15,888 bases of DNA. Source: Candidatus Coprovivens sp. Lineage in GTDB: Bacteria; Bacillota_I; Bacilli_A; RF39; UBA660. The stretch covers positions 1-15,888 of the forward strand of contig JBJFGS010000022.1 of assembly GCA_051892935.1 (NCBI GenBank). Reading direction: 5' to 3'. The notes beneath the pieces are model-generated. The model was given only the letters and a program-made list of their open reading frames with translations. It searched no databases and was not told the origin of the DNA. Position 1 is the first letter of the stretch. The number at the start of each line of letters is the position of its first letter. The translations under genes were made by a program, and so were the position numbers. Of this stretch, positions 15,742 to 15,888 are shown piece after piece.

Positions 15742-15888
15742 ATATTATGTATTTTTTTTTAAATAAAAATAGTATTGATAAAAAACTCACCAACACTATT
15801 TATAATACATCCAATTAATACAACTATTAACTTTATAAATAGCAAGAGTAAGTGTCCGAAGAGGATATAAAAAAAGACACATAGAATT

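Larger units (their letters stand above)
15447..15812 (-). mobile_element. internally deleted ISL3-family element (366 bp) with both terminal inverted repeats
   Basis: Ends GGTCCTTTGCCAAATAATGTTGGT (15447-15470) and, on the minus strand, GGATGTATTATAAATAGTGTTGGT (15812-15789) match at 16/24. They enclose a transposase C-terminal relic. Confidence 0.75.

Noticed and set aside
1-15888. Genetic code 4 (Mycoplasma-type), tRNA/rRNA genes, CRISPR array, prophage
   Set aside because: Conserved genes translate full length under code 11 with TGG for Trp; no GC-rich structural RNA, repeat-spacer array or phage hallmark gene was seen.

Overview
A very AT-rich chromosomal window from a low-GC Bacillota genome. 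Genetic code 11 fits best: the Trp codons inspected are TGG. The gene style suggests an uncultured gut Bacilli lineage such as RF39 (inference). Housekeeping anchors are a cold-shock protein, hisS and pyrG. Between them lie accessory genes: GyrI-like, YoaP-GNAT, SAM methyltransferase, DUF296, a transglutaminase-like 587-aa protein with a coupled small ORF, NUDIX, a TetR/HdeD divergon and several hypotheticals. Main observations: (1) a WYL regulator + SIS-domain + divergent HAM1/ITPase module directly after hisS, a candidate nucleotide-based defence or stress system; (2) a His-rich leader-peptide attenuator upstream of hisS, missed by the ORF track, with promoter, 20-aa leader and mutually exclusive hairpins, where a T-box would be usual; (3) an internally deleted 366-bp ISL3 element that supplies the last codons and the terminator of an internally duplicated hypothetical gene; (4) sporulation-type signals: tandem Spo0A boxes before csp and a sigmaG-like promoter. 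All calls come from reading motifs by eye; no database search or folding program was run.
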